A stretch of 60,972 bases of DNA, filler included, from Bipalium vagum (GCA_037834085.1; 3 parts of 3 records of this genome joined end to end with filler, not necessarily neighbours in it), one strand, 5' to 3'; positions 1 to 14,949 are shown, counted from the whole stretch's first letter. A program made the numbers and translations. Notes: a model not told the origin generated them from the letters alone.

Positions 1-38
<38 letters not shown>
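1..38. repeat. (ATA)n microsatellite
   Basis: Direct reading of the sequence. Confidence 0.95.
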
Positions 39-42
<4 letters not shown>

Positions 43-1788
43 ATGATAATGTTAATTATGATAAAAATAAAAATGATTGTTTTTATTTTCCTAAAACGAA
101 CGCAATTAGGGACAATTTAATTTTTTGTAAACATTTCCTTCAACATAAATTCGAAGTTATCGAATCTTAAAGAGACATAAAAAAATATTGTTGAGAAGTT
201 TTCCTACCAATTAGCGGTGGACAACAGGTTTTAGCGGTCAGCTGTAACAATGCAGTATATAAAAAAGGCTACAAAAATAAGTTACCAAACATTATCGAGT
301 CAATTTTGATTAACTTGTTTATCCCGAGGATAATCGTTATTCGATGAAAATGTTTTTTATAAAGAAAAACTGTTAAGCGGAAGGAATATTATTTTCCGAA
401 AAATAACCATTGAAACAATTTGACGAGGTATTCAATTTTAATCAGATTTTTACCCGAAGAATTTGTTCATAACCAAGGTATTTCAATTATTTTATATATG
501 TGCACATCTTTTAAAATGAAGGACAAATGAGTCGAGTCGAGCTTTGTCTCTTTGAGGATAGCCAAACAGGCCTAACTCACAGCCCAATCCTTCTTTCTCT
601 GGATAAGAGGCTTAATAGTTTTAATTTTTTTTTATTAAATAATCGTAAGGGTTCGATTTATTGTTTGCTTTTATTTAATTCGTTATTATTATCTTTTCTC
701 AATTCATTAAAATTTATTCGTATAAATTTGCATTCTTATATTTCATTTGATTGACAATTAATCTCATTGAACATGATAAAACGAGAACTTGATTGTTTTA
801 TTTTACTAAGAATCAATTATTGAGATAGTCATTGGGATTCTTTGAGTAATTGCACTGTATAAAGTAAAATGTTTAAATGAAGTCTATTGAAAAATTGAGT
901 TGTTTTATTGTTTGTGGACACAATAATAACAAAAGTGAGGAGTCAGATCTAAAGCTTTTAGGTTTTATTAATGTAAATATTAACAATTTTTTTTGATATT
1001 TTTATTGATTAAAGAAAGGTTTAGAAAATTATGGAAAATGTGTGGAAAAATCAATACATATAATTAAAAAATTTCATTATATTAATTTTTCATTAAAATA
1101 TTCTTAATTAAAATTATAAAGCTTTTTTAATTAGTTTTTAATTGTGAAAAAATATCACCAAGGTCAATATATATTCGACAGTTTCATCGATTTTTACCAA
1201 ATTATTCAAATTTTAAACAGTTTCCAGGGTAGAATATTATCCATTGTAAACATTCTTCCTGATAGAATCAAAAAATGACGTCACGAAACTATTTTTTAAG
1301 GTCCAAACCAAAGTTGTTAAAAATTTGGGATTTATTGCCCAAATTTTTAATATTTTTAAATTCATATTAAAATCTCTTATTCTGGAGAAGAATTGAAACT
1401 CAAAAATTTTCAGTGATTTCTCAGAATATTTTGAGTGAAAAGATAAAAATGTTTTTTATGTTTCTTAATTAAAACGGAATTTAAAGTATTTTTTGAAAAA
1501 AAAATTAATGAAATTTCGAATGTAATTACTGCAAATATTTTTCGTTTGTTCTGATCTCCTTTTGTATTTTCTGAATAATATTTAATACGAAATACTTTTA
1601 TTGAATATCCCTGCATTTCTAAATGATGATTTTGTCAATTTTCCATTTTTATTATTAATATTCTTAAATTCTGATTCGTTTTATATTATATTATATTTTG
1701 TAATAATAACAATTATTTATATTCATTGAAGATATTTATTTTATATTTATATTTCTTTTTATCAAATAAGATTAATGTGGTTAATAGC

Positions 1789-1905
1789 CTAAACTCGTGG
1801 TCTTTTCCGCATCTTATTTTTTCTCTCTGACGTCTGAGAATCACAACCCAACTGAAACCCAGCACCGGTAGAAGACGATAATTTCCATATAGACTTCAAA
1901 GAGTT
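1789..1905 (-). CDS. Candidate terminal exon of the Ig/FN3 gene (NSLKSIWKLSSSTGAG...RKRPRV*)
   Basis: GC-richer island with an AG acceptor at 1907-1906. The phase-0 reading matches the phase-0 donor at 4643 and is open for 38 codons to TAG. Another frame gives a hydrophobic-then-basic stretch (LLPVLGFSWVVILRRQREK), so the true frame is uncertain. Confidence 0.35.
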   Translation of the reverse strand, partial: NSLKSIWKLSSSTGAGFQLGCDSQTSERKNKMRKRPRV

Positions 1906-2142
1906 CTTATCAATTAAAAGAAATGAACTTGTTAAAATTGATTTCTCATTATATTTTACTTTTTAGGTCGAATAAATCTATATGTTAAATGAAAGTTAAA
2001 AAAATTCGCAACTTCTGAAAAAGGGTTAGATCATCAGATTAAAAAATATTTATCTTGTAGTTTTCTTAATACCTTTCTTTTGCGTAGTCTGTATTATGTT
2101 GAAGTATATCCGGTTTGCCATTGTAAGATCACTGTAATAATT

Positions 2143-3046
2143 ATTAAGGTGTCTTGTAAAAAATAAACGTTTTAATTCAAAATATTCAATACGAAATTTT
2201 ATTTCACATCATAAAATTACGAACTACAATACAATCCAGCATTCTCACACATAAGTGCCCAAGGTTCTGCAACGTTGTGAATCTTATTTTCATACCAGTC
2301 CGGAGATTTAGAGTCAAAAACCACTGACTTGCTCTTTTCCAGGTCTTTCTTATTCTCCAAAAAAAACCTTGTGAATCAAGTCAATTATACAGAATATATA
2401 TCTGAATTAATGAATATAATTAATTATTGAATTTCAAAGAATAAAATTCCGTTGTAGTTGCAGAAAACCAAATGCATTAACTTATTTCCAAATCTATCCG
2501 TTTAAACCTGTCACCAGAAGGTTTGTTTGTTTATAGCCATTGTTATTTTTCTGTGGATTATTTATAAAAATCCACTTTACATCCATATCGATAATTCTTT
2601 GAAAAAACCGCTTGTCTAATGAGTTACGAACAACTTCTTACAAATTTGATAGCGTTTTTCAACTTGTGAATCTGTTAGTTGATATTGATACATTCGAGGA
2701 GCACTTTACTTTCTGTCAGGTGTCGATAGCTTTTAGATTTTGGATAGTCTATTCGAGCTGATAATTCACGAGTTAATTGAGATGGATTTGTATCTACTCA
2801 ATCCATTACATCATCGACTTTGAAGACCGAAGGTCTTCAAGATTTTGTGCATGTGAAAGCCTGGTGTCACTGAAACTAAATTTTTTAAACCAGTGCATTT
2901 CTGTCCTCTCATTGAGAGCATCTGGACCTTCAATTAACCAAGCTATGTAAATTTTCATACAATAAATCCATTGTTAATTCTTAGTACAATTTATTTAGCT
3001 TTAATGTAGATATATCAACATGGTCATTTTTATGGGACACCATAAT
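2143..3046 (-). mobile_element. Decayed mariner (Tc1/mariner) element
   Basis: Imperfect TIRs (tattaaggtgtcttgtaaaaaat vs revcomp tattatggtgtcccataaaaatg). Minus-strand remnants GPDALNERTEMHWFKKF and KWIF match the mariner HTH and first-Asp regions. Confidence 0.8.
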
Positions 3047-4643
3047 ATTACCAATGAGCTTAAAATCAATATTCATAAAAGGATTGCTTTTCATTGTGTA
3101 CTAATGCTGTAATTTAATAAAATTTTTCCGTAATCTGAAATGAAAAGAAATCGTTTTTTTCGAGATTAACATAATCAGAAGAAGAAATTGGTAATTAGCT
3201 CGAATTGAGTACAATTAGAAAATCTCTTGCATATCAAAGACCATCAAGCATACAGTATGATATTCATATTTATTGTAATGATAATATAAATAATTATGAT
3301 AATAATATTATTATCTTTTGTCATTTGTATACTTCTGATAATAATATAATAATATAATAATAATATATATATATTATATTACTTCTGATAATAATAATAA
3401 TAGTAAAGTATAATGATAATTATTTATTTATAATAAGCAAAGTAATAAAAATGTCTCGTTCTAACAGAGTCACTTTCAAAATTATTGTAGCCTTCACAAT
3501 TCAATATTTTTCAACCTTTTCAAAGATGTCATACTGGTTTTCCAAAGATGAAATATGTATGAGCATATCCGATTACATCAGAAGTTTTAGAAATTTTAAG
3601 ATTCATATATCTTCTATGTGTCTCAGAAACATCTTGCAGTCAAGATGTTTATTTTTATTTTCTAAACATGAACTTATCATAACTTCATACTACGATAGCT
3701 TTCACTGTCTTACTTTGGGTCTCACAATTTAGAGTCACTTACACTTCCATTTTCTTTCTATAACCAATTTTTCTAGGATTTTAAAAATGATTTTTTGCAT
3801 TTTTCATAAATTTTCAAGTCAAAACATTAACATTCTACAAATGTATATTCAATTTTCTCTGACAGAATTTCTTATAATAATGAACATGTTCACAAAATCT
3901 TTCAATTTTTCTTTGAGTGGTCATACATTCCTTGAAATGTTTTATCAACTTTTTGATTGAGACTTAGAATTTTTTTCTCGTATACATTTTTGAAAAAAAA
4001 TTCCTCGTCGTGACTTATTGACGAATTTTTTTTCTATAAATAAAAATAAAAAAATCAGTCATTGCTCTATATTTCAGTCCCTGTCAAATTTGATTTTAAA
4101 TAAAATTATTTTAAAGATACAAAGTTATGAACGTCTCCAATTTTTGGTGTGTGCTAACCTTTTACTTTGTTATATTGAACTTTTTCTTTCTTCTCAAAAT
4201 ACAAAACCAATAATATTTTACTGTTAAGTATACCAACTCCGGTTATGGATAATAAATGGGTTCAAGATAAAATTCCTCAAATAATTACGTTATCTTTTTC
4301 AAATAAGAAGGTTAAAAATATAAATAAAATGGTAATTTGATAAAGGGAAAGTTTGAAAAGTATTTAACCAAAATATTTATAAAAATCAGCCCGAGTGAAA
4401 AGTAAAATTTTCATAAATACAAAAATCCATTGAACCATGAAATTAGATTTGGGCGCAAATTCTAAAATTTTTACTAATTGGAAAATCCATAGTATTCTAA
4501 AAATTATTAACCAAACTTTTGACTGGATTAATTTTGAGATTTATTTATTTTAATATAAATAATTGGAAATAATAAAATCGATAATTAAAATTTTAATAAT
4601 TTATTTTAATTGTTAAAAAAAGTAAAAAAAAAAAAAGACTAAC

Positions 4644-4800
4644 TGCATTTTTATTGGAAATAGTTAATTTGCAATTGAGGATATTGCTGAAATCCACAAC
4701 ATTCGACCAATCGCTTCTGAGGGAACCTAATATGGTATTATTGAGGTTCTCAGATGCTGGTATAGGGGACATTACTTTGAGAATTATTATCACCCGAAAT
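4644..4800 (-). CDS. Exon of Ig/FN3 gene: C-terminal half of FN3 domain (R|FRVIIILK...RSDWSNVVDF)
   Basis: ttctag acceptor and gttagt donor. The phase-2 start joins the 14115 donor in frame, giving AALR-FRV...S-x-WS-x-x-V, the FN3 F/G strand signature. Confidence 0.75.
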
Positions 4801-6098
4801 CTAGAAAATTCAAAATTATTTTTTACTTAAAACATAATAATACTTATTTGTACCATTTTCTGATAATTATATTAAATAATTTTCAAATAATAATTAAAAT
4901 TGAATTTCCTTTCTAATACACCCAAGGTTTTTTTTTGTTTTACTTAATCACTTTTTAGGTATCATGCAATAATAGCTATTTAAAATATTTAAAAATATTA
5001 TTTTCTTATTAGGATTGTTACCATTCAATTGAATTTGGATTCAATCAAGTAACTATAGATCATGAAACAGTCGTTTTATTTAATCGTTTGTGTCAATAGT
5101 GCTTCCATAAATTATGATGAATTTAATAAAAATAAAAATTTTAATGAAAATAATAAAAAACTAATATTTTTACATTAGGACATTTTCGCTTCTTTGATTT
5201 TGTCATTTTCTGAAATCAGTGGTGTCATTTAAAATGTATTATTATTTTTATTAAGACTAAATTATTTTTTAGATTAACTTTAACAGTTAATGTTAACTCT
5301 TTAGATTCAAGTTTATACACTTTCAATGCCATTTAAAAAGCTTTCCATAAACTATTCTTATGTATCTGCCCCAGATGCATTTTGAGAGATAGTGTTCAAT
5401 GCTGATTTTATTTTTTACCTGGTTTGATATGCATTGTAAGACACCAAGCGGACTTTATAGAACAGAAATTAATCAAGGTTAAAATTTAACAAATTTTTCA
5501 ATTTATGATTACTTTATGGTTCATTATCATATTTTGGAAATATTTTTACAAGAAAGGTCGTTAAATTCTATGTTTCATTTCGTACTGTTATTTAATGTCA
5601 TGACTGTTTCATTATTAAATAAATAATTTATTTTTCAAAAGGATAAAGTAAAGCCAGCTGTCTATATTAGAATTAGTTGAAATCCGGTCTTGGTTCTCGA
5701 TATGGTTACAATGTATTAGAATCAATATACTACTTTCTTGAGTAATACCTTTGGGAGAATGAGTTTGGGAACAAAGATTTCTATATCTTTAAGTTAGATT
5801 AAAGTTAAGTTAGATTCTAAAAAATATAATCTTATTAAATTTTTTATATCTATAATAATATATGAAAGTCAAAAACTAAATATAAAGACAGGTATCATTA
5901 AAATGTTTATTTTAATGGATTCAAAAGTTTCAAAAGAAAAAGGTGACCATTTTATTTTGTGCAAAACAAAGAGACCTTAAAACCCAAACAAATAAGAAAA
6001 TGAGTAAACTTGATAAAGACAAAGAAAGATAAAATCAAGGAAGAAGAAAGAGAAAACAGAAAAAAGCGTTCAATCTTAACCTGCTCAAACTTTTTCTA

Positions 6099-7133
6099 TT
6101 AAGGTGGTTGTAATGTCTTCAGACTAATTATTGGTAACTTTGTTTTGTTTTAACCTTTTATTATTGCATCAACAAATTATTAGTAAGTTTTATATATCAA
6201 ATTAAAGGCTTTGTTTTACAGAATCAAATGGTATATTGATTTTTATTTAAATCCCGCGGTCAAACGTGAAGCTGTTGAAGGAAATCCCATTACAAGTCAA
6301 CGAAGACTTTTAGGAGAACTAAATTTGACAAAATCAACAGTCCATGATCATCTGCATAGGCTGAAAAAGTTAACAAACAATGTAGGGAAATTCCTCATGA
6401 ATTAATCTATGAGCAACAAAAACGAAGCATCGAAAATTATCAAAAATTGTTACATAATCCATATAATGAACTATTTTTTAAACGAATCGTCACTTTGGAC
6501 GAAAAATGAATTTATTCAACCAACTATAACTTGCAAAATCAGTGTCTCGATTCAAATCAACAAGCTCTTGAACTATCAAAATGAGAACGCTTAGCAAAAA
6601 AGGTTCTTTTGTGTATTTGGTGGAATTGCGAGGGAATAGTGAATTTTAAGCTTCTTCAAAGAGGGCAAACTGTCAATGCCGAATTCTATTCAACGCAATT
6701 AGAACGTGTGCTTGAAACTTTGAGGTCCAGCTATCCTTACTTAGTCAATCGTGAACGCATTATTCTTCAATATGATAATGCCAAACCGCATACTTTGAAG
6801 GTAACACGCCAAAAATTGAATCGCTGCAATTTGATCTTCTCTCTCACCCAGTCTACATTCCAGACCTAGCGCCTTATGATTACCATTTATTCATGTCAAT
6901 GGCACATTTCCTACGGGGACACCTCTTTGATTCGGTTGACGAGGTAGAAAATACCTGCCGAGAATTTTTCGCTTCGAAAGACAATGTAGATGAATCAATC
7001 AGATTGAGGAAATATGACAGAAGAATATTAAGCACTATGGACTGTATATTAAAGAATAAAAGTTTGATTTATATATTTTATGAATTTTTTGGATTTACCT
7101 TAAATTAGTCTAAAGATTTTCCGACCACCCTAA
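6099..7133 (+). mobile_element. Decayed, internally deleted mariner DD34D element
   Basis: ~30-bp imperfect TIRs (ttaaggtggttgtaatgtcttcagactaa / ttagtctaaagattttccgaccaccctaa) with TA target duplications. Motifs VTLDEK, KKVLLCIWWN, LQYDNAKPH and PDLAPYDYHLF are spread over frameshifted ORFs. Confidence 0.93.
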
Positions 7134-7429
7134 TATTAATTTTTTCATTATACCTTTGTTATACGTTTTCTTACAACAGCTATTATTTGATGTGAAGACG
7201 CCGGTATCTGTTTGACTAATATAAATTTTGTTTTTAATCTAATATCTTTTTCACTTTATTTCTTTTATTTCACTGTCAAATATAATGAAATTAAAAGGTA
7301 TAAAAATAAGATTTATCTAGAAGGGAAAATTGAAATATGATAGACGTAACTGTGGATACGATATGAACAACAAAAAATCCAATTTAAATAAAGTTAAGGA
7401 GCTTTTTTGCTTCATAATAAAATTTTTAT

Positions 7430-7711
7430 TCATATATTCAAGAAAACAAAAGAAAAATTATCAAAAGTTGAAATTATGCAGCTGGGCTCATCATCAATGC
7501 AGTCCAATTTTATCATAAAGTTTTTTGGTTGTTCAATCATCTGAAGAAACAGGTGCGAGGACATAAAGTTGTTGTCAAAAATGATATGAGGAATAAGGTG
7601 CCAAAATTTCTCATATAGAAGGATCAAAATTTTTTTGGAGACTTCAATGGAATGGTCGACCCGTGGAAGAAGTGAGTCAATGTAAATGGCGGTTTTGTCG
7701 AGAAATGAGAC
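7430..7711 (-). CDS. Candidate coding exon of unknown affiliation (VSFLDKTAIYIDSLLPRVDHSIEV...FLNI*)
   Basis: AG acceptor at 7713-7712 followed by 93 open codons in a GC-richer island. Lies inside the long intron of the Ig/FN3 gene. Confidence 0.3.
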   Translation of the reverse strand, partial: VSFLDKTAIYIDSLLPRVDHSIEVSKKILILLYEKFWHLIPHIIFDNNFMSSHLFLQMIEQPKNFMIKLDCIDDEPSCIISTFDNFSFVFLNI

Positions 7712-8379
7712 CTATAATGTATACTCATTGTTAAATTTTTTATTGGCTTGAATTTATTATTGCTCATAGGATCTAAGCACTTTTTGGCATAACTGAGTAT
7801 ATATGCACCTACTTATATATAATTTTTTCCATAATAAAACTATAAAAAGGCAAAAATAATTTTCCTTGAATTAAGTTTACAGTAATATTAATTTTCTCAA
7901 AATAGAACAATAAGGATTAATCAATAATGATACAAATGTCATAGTGTCAAAATGTTTCTTATAAAACATTAAAAATATGAAAAAGCTCAACTGAAAATAA
8001 TAAATAAATAATTTTCATAAATACGATAAGGATTCATTATTTAGTTTGTTATATTTCTTGTTATAATTAAAATATAAATATTTAATAAGTGAATAAAAAA
8101 TGCTTTTCCAAGAAATCGTCCTTGTATTGTTTACAATTATACCGTGTATTTAATAAGTCACTACAATTTTAAAGTGATATATTGATTACAAATATAAATC
8201 TTAATAATGAATAAGTAATTAATAAAAATGTTTTTTCAGGTAATTGTTTACATTCGAATTAACGAATATTTCAGTTAGTTTTATTTCATCAATTTAAACA
8301 TTAACATCAAGACTTTCAAATGTAATTAAAAATGTTTTTCTTTTCACAAAATCTTTATCAACAGTTCAGGTTGAAAGGA

Positions 8380-8830
8380 ATCTGAAAGTTACAGGATACA
8401 AGGAGAATCGAACCAGATTGATAATTAAAGCGCTTTATTCAAACGAGATTGATTGCAGACCCGAGCAGCTAACGAATGCCGAAAACATTTGTGAAAGCAA
8501 ATAAATCTCAAATCAAGGCAATTTTGAACGGGAGGCATAAGTTCACTTTGAGACAAATTTCTGCCAAAACTTAAATAATTCGGTCCATGATTTGGAATTA
8601 TATTAAAAATGACTTCTCTGTTAAGTCAAAAAATTCAAATGCAACAATATTTAGAACCTAGGCAGATGTATCCACACCGCTGGGGACTTCGTACCCTATC
8701 GAAATGACCAATATTTCGAAAATTTAATATTTTTCCGATGAATTCACTTTCCAGTTATCGAGTTATATTTAAACGTACTTTTCATAAAATTTATATACGA
8801 GATAAAATGTATAATAATACATTTCCATGG
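8380..8830 (+). mobile_element. Tc1-like transposase remnant
   Basis: Remnant reading (I)FSDEFTFQL around 8725-8760 matches the Tc1 first-Asp motif FSDE. Heavily decayed, no TIRs found. Confidence 0.55.
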
Positions 8831-11800
8831 AGAGGTGCTAATTGATTTAATACTTTTGGTAAAAACGGTTATATCTCCAAATAATTTTTTATAAAGGTAC
8901 GAAGAGAACATGTTGAAATTAATATATAATATCTATATCCGTTTAATATCCACAAAGACGATCCAGTCTAGTGACGGATTAAGATAACACTGAATACAGA
9001 TAAAATTTTCACATACCTAACAAAAATAAATCCCTGTAAAGAGAGAAGAGCCGGCCATATTTAATTATATATTTTTTAAAAGAGAATTTAGAGAATTTAT
9101 TTATTTTAGAGAAAGATAATTGTACTTGGAGAGGTTTTCTTTTTGAAAACTATAGACATATAATCTTTACATCTTTCCAAATGCAAATGATATTTAACAA
9201 TGCAAACGAAGAGAAATTTAGTTTCAACTCAATGTCATTAAATTTGATTCGAGAATTAATTAATTTTATATATTTATTTATCGAAATAATTACTGAACTA
9301 ATTACAATAATTGTTAATTTGTTTTAATGTCTATTTAGCAAGTGTCAAAACTGCTTAATGTGATGGTAAATTTATTTTCCCAATTTTTTGTAAAGAGAAA
9401 ACAAAACTTGTTTTGTCAAAAATAACGAAAAATGAAATTATCAATACAATTACCAAAAATTATCATAATAATATTTTTATGTTCCATAATAAATTATTTA
9501 ACAAAAATATGGAAATATGTCGATTAACTTTCGACGCTGTCGATATCAATCAATTTGAGGTATTAGCTTTTTTAAAATTTATTTATTTATTTAATATTAA
9601 TTCCTATATATATATATATACTTTTTAGCAAATCAAATTACAATAAATGTTTCAAATATTTCTATTACTCTACACAGATACGGAAAAAACCGCCTTGTAT
9701 TTTTCTGTATTACTTTAATTAAACAACAGAATCTATTTGGCATATAGTGAAAGTTTTATGGAATTGTGTTTCAGTATTAATAAATTATTTGTTTAAATTA
9801 GCAAAGGATACATTTAAGAGAAAATAATAAAAAAAACTATAATTTATTTCTTTAAAAAATTATGAATGTTTTCAGTTAAGCACAATTAAATTTGTTCCAT
9901 CATTTAAAATTGTTTGCCGATAAATTAAGTACAAATTTATAAAAAAAAGTATGAGAAAAAGGATTACATTATTAACAAATTCTCTACTGTAAAAAGGCAG
10001 ACGAAAAAATTTTACGAAATGCAAATTATTTTTTTCTTCAGATACAATTTGCAAATTAATACTTAGCTTTTATTTTCTATACAAAATTATGAAAAAATTA
10101 TTATTATTCTTATTATTATTGTTATTATTATTAATTATTCTTTTTATTATTATTATTATTATTATTGATAATATCCAATAATAATTTTTAACAAGAAAAT
10201 TAAATTTTTAAAAGATATTTCTTATATTTTTTAATGGTTATATTAAAATATATTTGATATTATTGTGTCGGCAAGGAGAAAGTAAATATTTTTACTTTTT
10301 AATAAAATTAGTTATTAATTATATTTATTTATACTTAAATTTATTTAACAATAAATAAATAAAATCACTTTTATTCAAAAGTAACTTTAAAAATGTGAAT
10401 ATATAATATTTTTATTTATCAAAATAAATTTTATGCGTAGTTGTTCTTGATAATAATATTTATTTTGCTTCGGTAAATAAGATTAATAAACAAAGCTGAG
10501 GATTTATAAGATTACTGACGTTTGCAAAAAAACCATTAAAGCTTGATTTGGGAAAAAATGTAAGCTTAAGTAATTAATAAGATTTTTCATTTGGTTAGGA
10601 AAATAAGACTATAGTCTCGACTGATGGTTACTCAATTGATTACCTGAATCAAAGGGTTATTTTTTGGCTGTGGAGCATAAAAATATTAAATGATAAGTAC
10701 GTATGAAATGAGAGTGTAATATAAGTAGCGATATAAAAAATCAATAATAAAATAATTTGAAAAATTCGGACCACGTTTACAAGTGATTTAATCGACCTTT
10801 GATGGTTAAAACGAAAATATTAAAATTAACTCTTGACAACAATCAATAGTGATGTGGCATGGTCCATCATCATTTTTTATCAGTTTGCACTTACCTGATT
10901 TGAATGAAGCCAAAAGGTCGGTCAAAAGAACACACGTATTTTAATTTTATTTATATATAAAACAATCAGCTGTGTTTCCATACATAGTAGATCACACAAC
11001 CGGTCCAAGAGCACACCTATACCTCTATAATTTGAACCCAAATCTCTGGAAAAATGAAATCAGTTATACATCCATACATGTAGGTGTATAGCTGGTTCAA
11101 TACATTATAATAACACAAATGAAGATTTTATATAATATTATAGAGATTTTATTATAATTACGGGGTATAAGGAAAGAGATGACAGAAGACTAGAGGTTGG
11201 TATAGAGAGAGTTAATGTGATAAGTCTGAGCAATAACCGACTCAATTAAATGATTTATTTGCTTTTATCACAAGACTAGCCTTTTGATTATTCTGTCATT
11301 TTTGAGACTTGTTCAAAGATTTCTGCAAACTACTTGTAAACAAAGGTATTATGTATTTCATTCCAAAAGAATAAATAAATTCCATCTATATATGGGTTCC
11401 GTTGTAAATTAAACCTTCGAATAATAATTTTTCGTAGAATCTTCATAATCTACTCTAATTTTGAATGTTCACCTATTAAAATTAAAATGAACTCCTTAAT
11501 TTAGATTTATGCAAATGATTTAAAGTAATTCAAGGTTGAATTTCATAATTAAGATAGTTATAAAACGCGGTTATCCCTTAATGTGTAAGATTTCAACTTT
11601 TTACAGCACGCCAGTTATGATCTTAAAACTGAAAATTCCAAAAAGCTTTTCTAAACTCCTTGTAATCGTAATTACAGCATAATATTCAATTTCTGAGAAA
11701 TTCAGTGACAGTGGAATGTCATTCTCCTATCAAATAGTTCGCAACCGTCATATGCATTAATTAGCTCTCTTTGAAAGGCAGCCAGAGCAGTCATTGATTT

Positions 11801-12109
11801 TATTTGTAAGTCGTCATCATTTGAACTTCAAAAAATCCAAAATATTTATCAAACAATCATTTAGACTGAATTCTAATTTAATAATAATAATAAATCTAAA
11901 GTTGACTTAATTTCCTAATTGGTTTATATAAACAAAAATATCAGTTGTTGAATAATATTGCTATTTAATATTTTAATAGTAAAATATTTCCAACATGTAA
12001 ATATTTTTTATTATTTTTAAGTTTTTTTCTAAAAATAATTTTAAAATATTTAGATTATAAACACAGCTTGTTATGTAAATAACCGAACTCTATTGATACA
12101 CATTATATT

Positions 12110-12440
12110 ATTCATAAAAGATAATAATTATTCAAAATAGGTTCCATTGGATTCCATACAACATCTGGCACACTCAGTTAATAGATTTTTCAAAGTCATT
12201 TAAACGAATTTTCTTGAGCACCAGTGTCACGGCTGCTTGAATAGCTTTGAACATCATAAAAAATACACTTTTGTTGCCAATTTCACTTTTTGGAATAGAA
12301 AAATAGCCGCATGATAATATACCAGGAGAATATCATGGATGTCCGATGACACAATTTTTTTTTGGTCAAAAATTTACAACCTTTTATGGACCTGTGGGGT
12401 GGGGCATTGTCGTGCAATAAAAAAACTGTTTTTCTTGAAA
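12110..12440 (-). mobile_element. Mariner transposase C-terminal remnant
   Basis: Minus strand reads HDNAPPH and GHP*YSPGILSCGYFLF (decayed HPPYSPDLAPCDYFLF). Confidence 0.8.
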
Positions 12441-14114
12441 TGAAACTTTTAGTGTATGATTTAAATCAAAAGTTCAGTTACTTATATAACTTACCATATA
12501 TTTATTTAATCACTGATTATTTCTTTTCTATTAAAAGTTACCTACATATGAAGAAATGAATTTTGGATAGAATGAAGAATGGCAGTATAAAAAAATAAAT
12601 CATTAATGAACTATTCTTAATAAAAAGTAGAAAGAAATAATTTTCATAATAAATCTATTGATCGAAATCATTTGCATATGAAATTAGCAATTCATAAAAC
12701 TGAGTTTGGAGGACATGAAATAAGAGAAGGAAACGAGTTAAGAAAATAATTAGATTACAACATATGGAAAACTATGTGCTTCTTAGTTTTATTTCATATT
12801 ACTTCTAGGTTGTTTTATTTTATCATTGAATCGATATATAGTGTAAAATGTGCACTTTCCAGATCTAAATAAATGAAAAATTTCACATATATTTGATGTA
12901 AAAATTAGAAATGACTATTTTGTTTATGAAAAAATTTCTTTTAATATACTTATTATAAATATTTGTTTAAATTATATTTTTCACTAGCTTAAATTTCGAC
13001 ATTTTAAAAGTGATTGTAATATATATTCTTTTGTCAAGAAGCATGTTTTAACTTCTGACAAATAAATATAATTATTGGCACATTTTAATTGTTCTGTATC
13101 TTTAAAAGAAAAAAAGCAACCGAAAGTGACGTCATTATTGTAGAAAGATATGGTGACAAAACTCTATCTCAAAAAAATTCGAAAGTTGGTTCGCAAGTTT
13201 AAAAAAGTTGAGAGACAAATTGGATTAACAAAACTTTGTATAAGATATCTTCACTGTTGGCTGAATATAATCTCAAGAAGCGATTTCTTGGCTGTGGTTT
13301 AATTAAGTTAAAAATGTAAACCTTTTTCAACAGATACCAAAACTCTATAAAGTCAGTTAGAATATTTCTAAAATATAATGAAAGATATTCTGTAATAATG
13401 AGACTATTTGGTGAGGGTTTTCAAAACTTATTCTATTTATATTGATATAGATGGAATAGTTGTTTAAATTTATTAACATAAATGTAAAACTGTTTCTAAA
13501 GTGTCCTGCATAAAAGTAATAACAATTAACCAATTATTAAGATTCACAGGACCAAGAAAGGCAAAGAATAAATGAGAAACATTAAAATTCAACATATTCC
13601 AAAGAAAGAATATATAAATAATTGAGTAAATTGTTGAATGAATTTTAAGAAATAATAATGATAATATTTTGTGCTCATTACCATTAATCTCATGTATGTT
13701 GTTCAACATATTTATATATTGTTATTTATTTATTACAGATAAAAATTGATCAATAAATTTGGCAATGATTACAAAGTTAGGGTCGTGAACAGAAACAAGA
13801 ATATCTTTCATTACTGTTCGGGCATAACTAATACATATAAATATTTTGTAATTGGAATGACAGGTTTGCATTAATTATTTGTTAATATGGCCAACTCTAC
13901 TTTGAGTAGCTGAGATAATCTTTCCTGAAACCTTGGCTATGGAAAACCGCTTAGGGATAAATTCTCACCAGCATATACTACAGCACTTTGTTGATATGGA
14001 AATTAATCAGAAAATTAAAACACACACGTCAGAATATTTTATAACATTTGAAGTGAAATAAATTAAAATTAAACCGAGTTAATGATTTTTGTAATAATCA
14101 CTAAAAATGTTTAC

Positions 14115-14400
14115 CTTAAAGCCGCATTTGATTGCAAAATATGCGGATCAGTGATAGTGATCGAATTCGTAGTTGGACATTCATCAATCATTGTCCCTTC
14201 AGACCAAAGATCAGTTTTCTTATCATCAGACAAATTTGACTCTTTCTGCTGTGATTTATCAGTAGGTCTTTTCTGATATTGTACACGGAAATGGTCGATG
14301 AAATTGGACGACTTCTCAGTAGAAAAGACTTCCCATTTTATATGTACCCCAAACACATATTCGTGTAGTTTTATTGCGTCTGGCGCAGAAATGAGAGGCT
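14115..14400 (-). CDS. Exon of Ig/FN3 gene: N-terminal part of FN3 domain (PLISAPDAIKLHEYVFGVHIKW...HFRVQYQ...W...LQSNAALR)
   Basis: tttatag acceptor and gtaaac donor; 286 nt open. Pattern P-x-x-L...I-x-W...F-x-V-x-Y...W is typical of FN3 strands A-C'. Confidence 0.8.
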
Positions 14401-14949
14401 CTATAAAAATATTTTAATTAAACAAAATACAAATTTAACATCATTTATCAGCAGGCAATGAAAAATCAAAACAAAATTGACATAATATTTGGAAAACGTG
14501 AAAAAATAATTTAAAATTTTCATTAAGATATTCAAAACTTTGAAAACTGTTTAGTTTTGCTGTTGACCTTGTCACTGTTTACGCTTTCAATTGAAGTCAT
14601 CGAAAATAAAGCTCGATTGATAATGAGACTTCTTGCACAACACATGTTTTGATGGTTTTCTCTATTGATGAACATAATATTTAAGCCAATTAATTTTTCT
14701 ATTCTCTGTCAAAAAAATAAAAATTTTAACAAAATATTAATTTTAACATTTAAGTTAAACTAAAATCTTATTTAAAATCTTAATAATTCCTTTTTTTAAA
14801 TATGTAACTTGTACGGTTGCAATTCGACATTATATTTACCCGATGTATTCATTGATTCTTTCCATCTAGGGATTATTTGACTTTTAACATATGTCTATTA
14901 GACCTGGTTAATAATCAATTATTTTTTAAACATATTAATTTGTTTTTAG

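Noticed and set aside
527-754. 75-aa ORF near the window start
   Set aside because: Only the first ~25 codons are GC-richer; the rest is low-complexity AT-rich translation.
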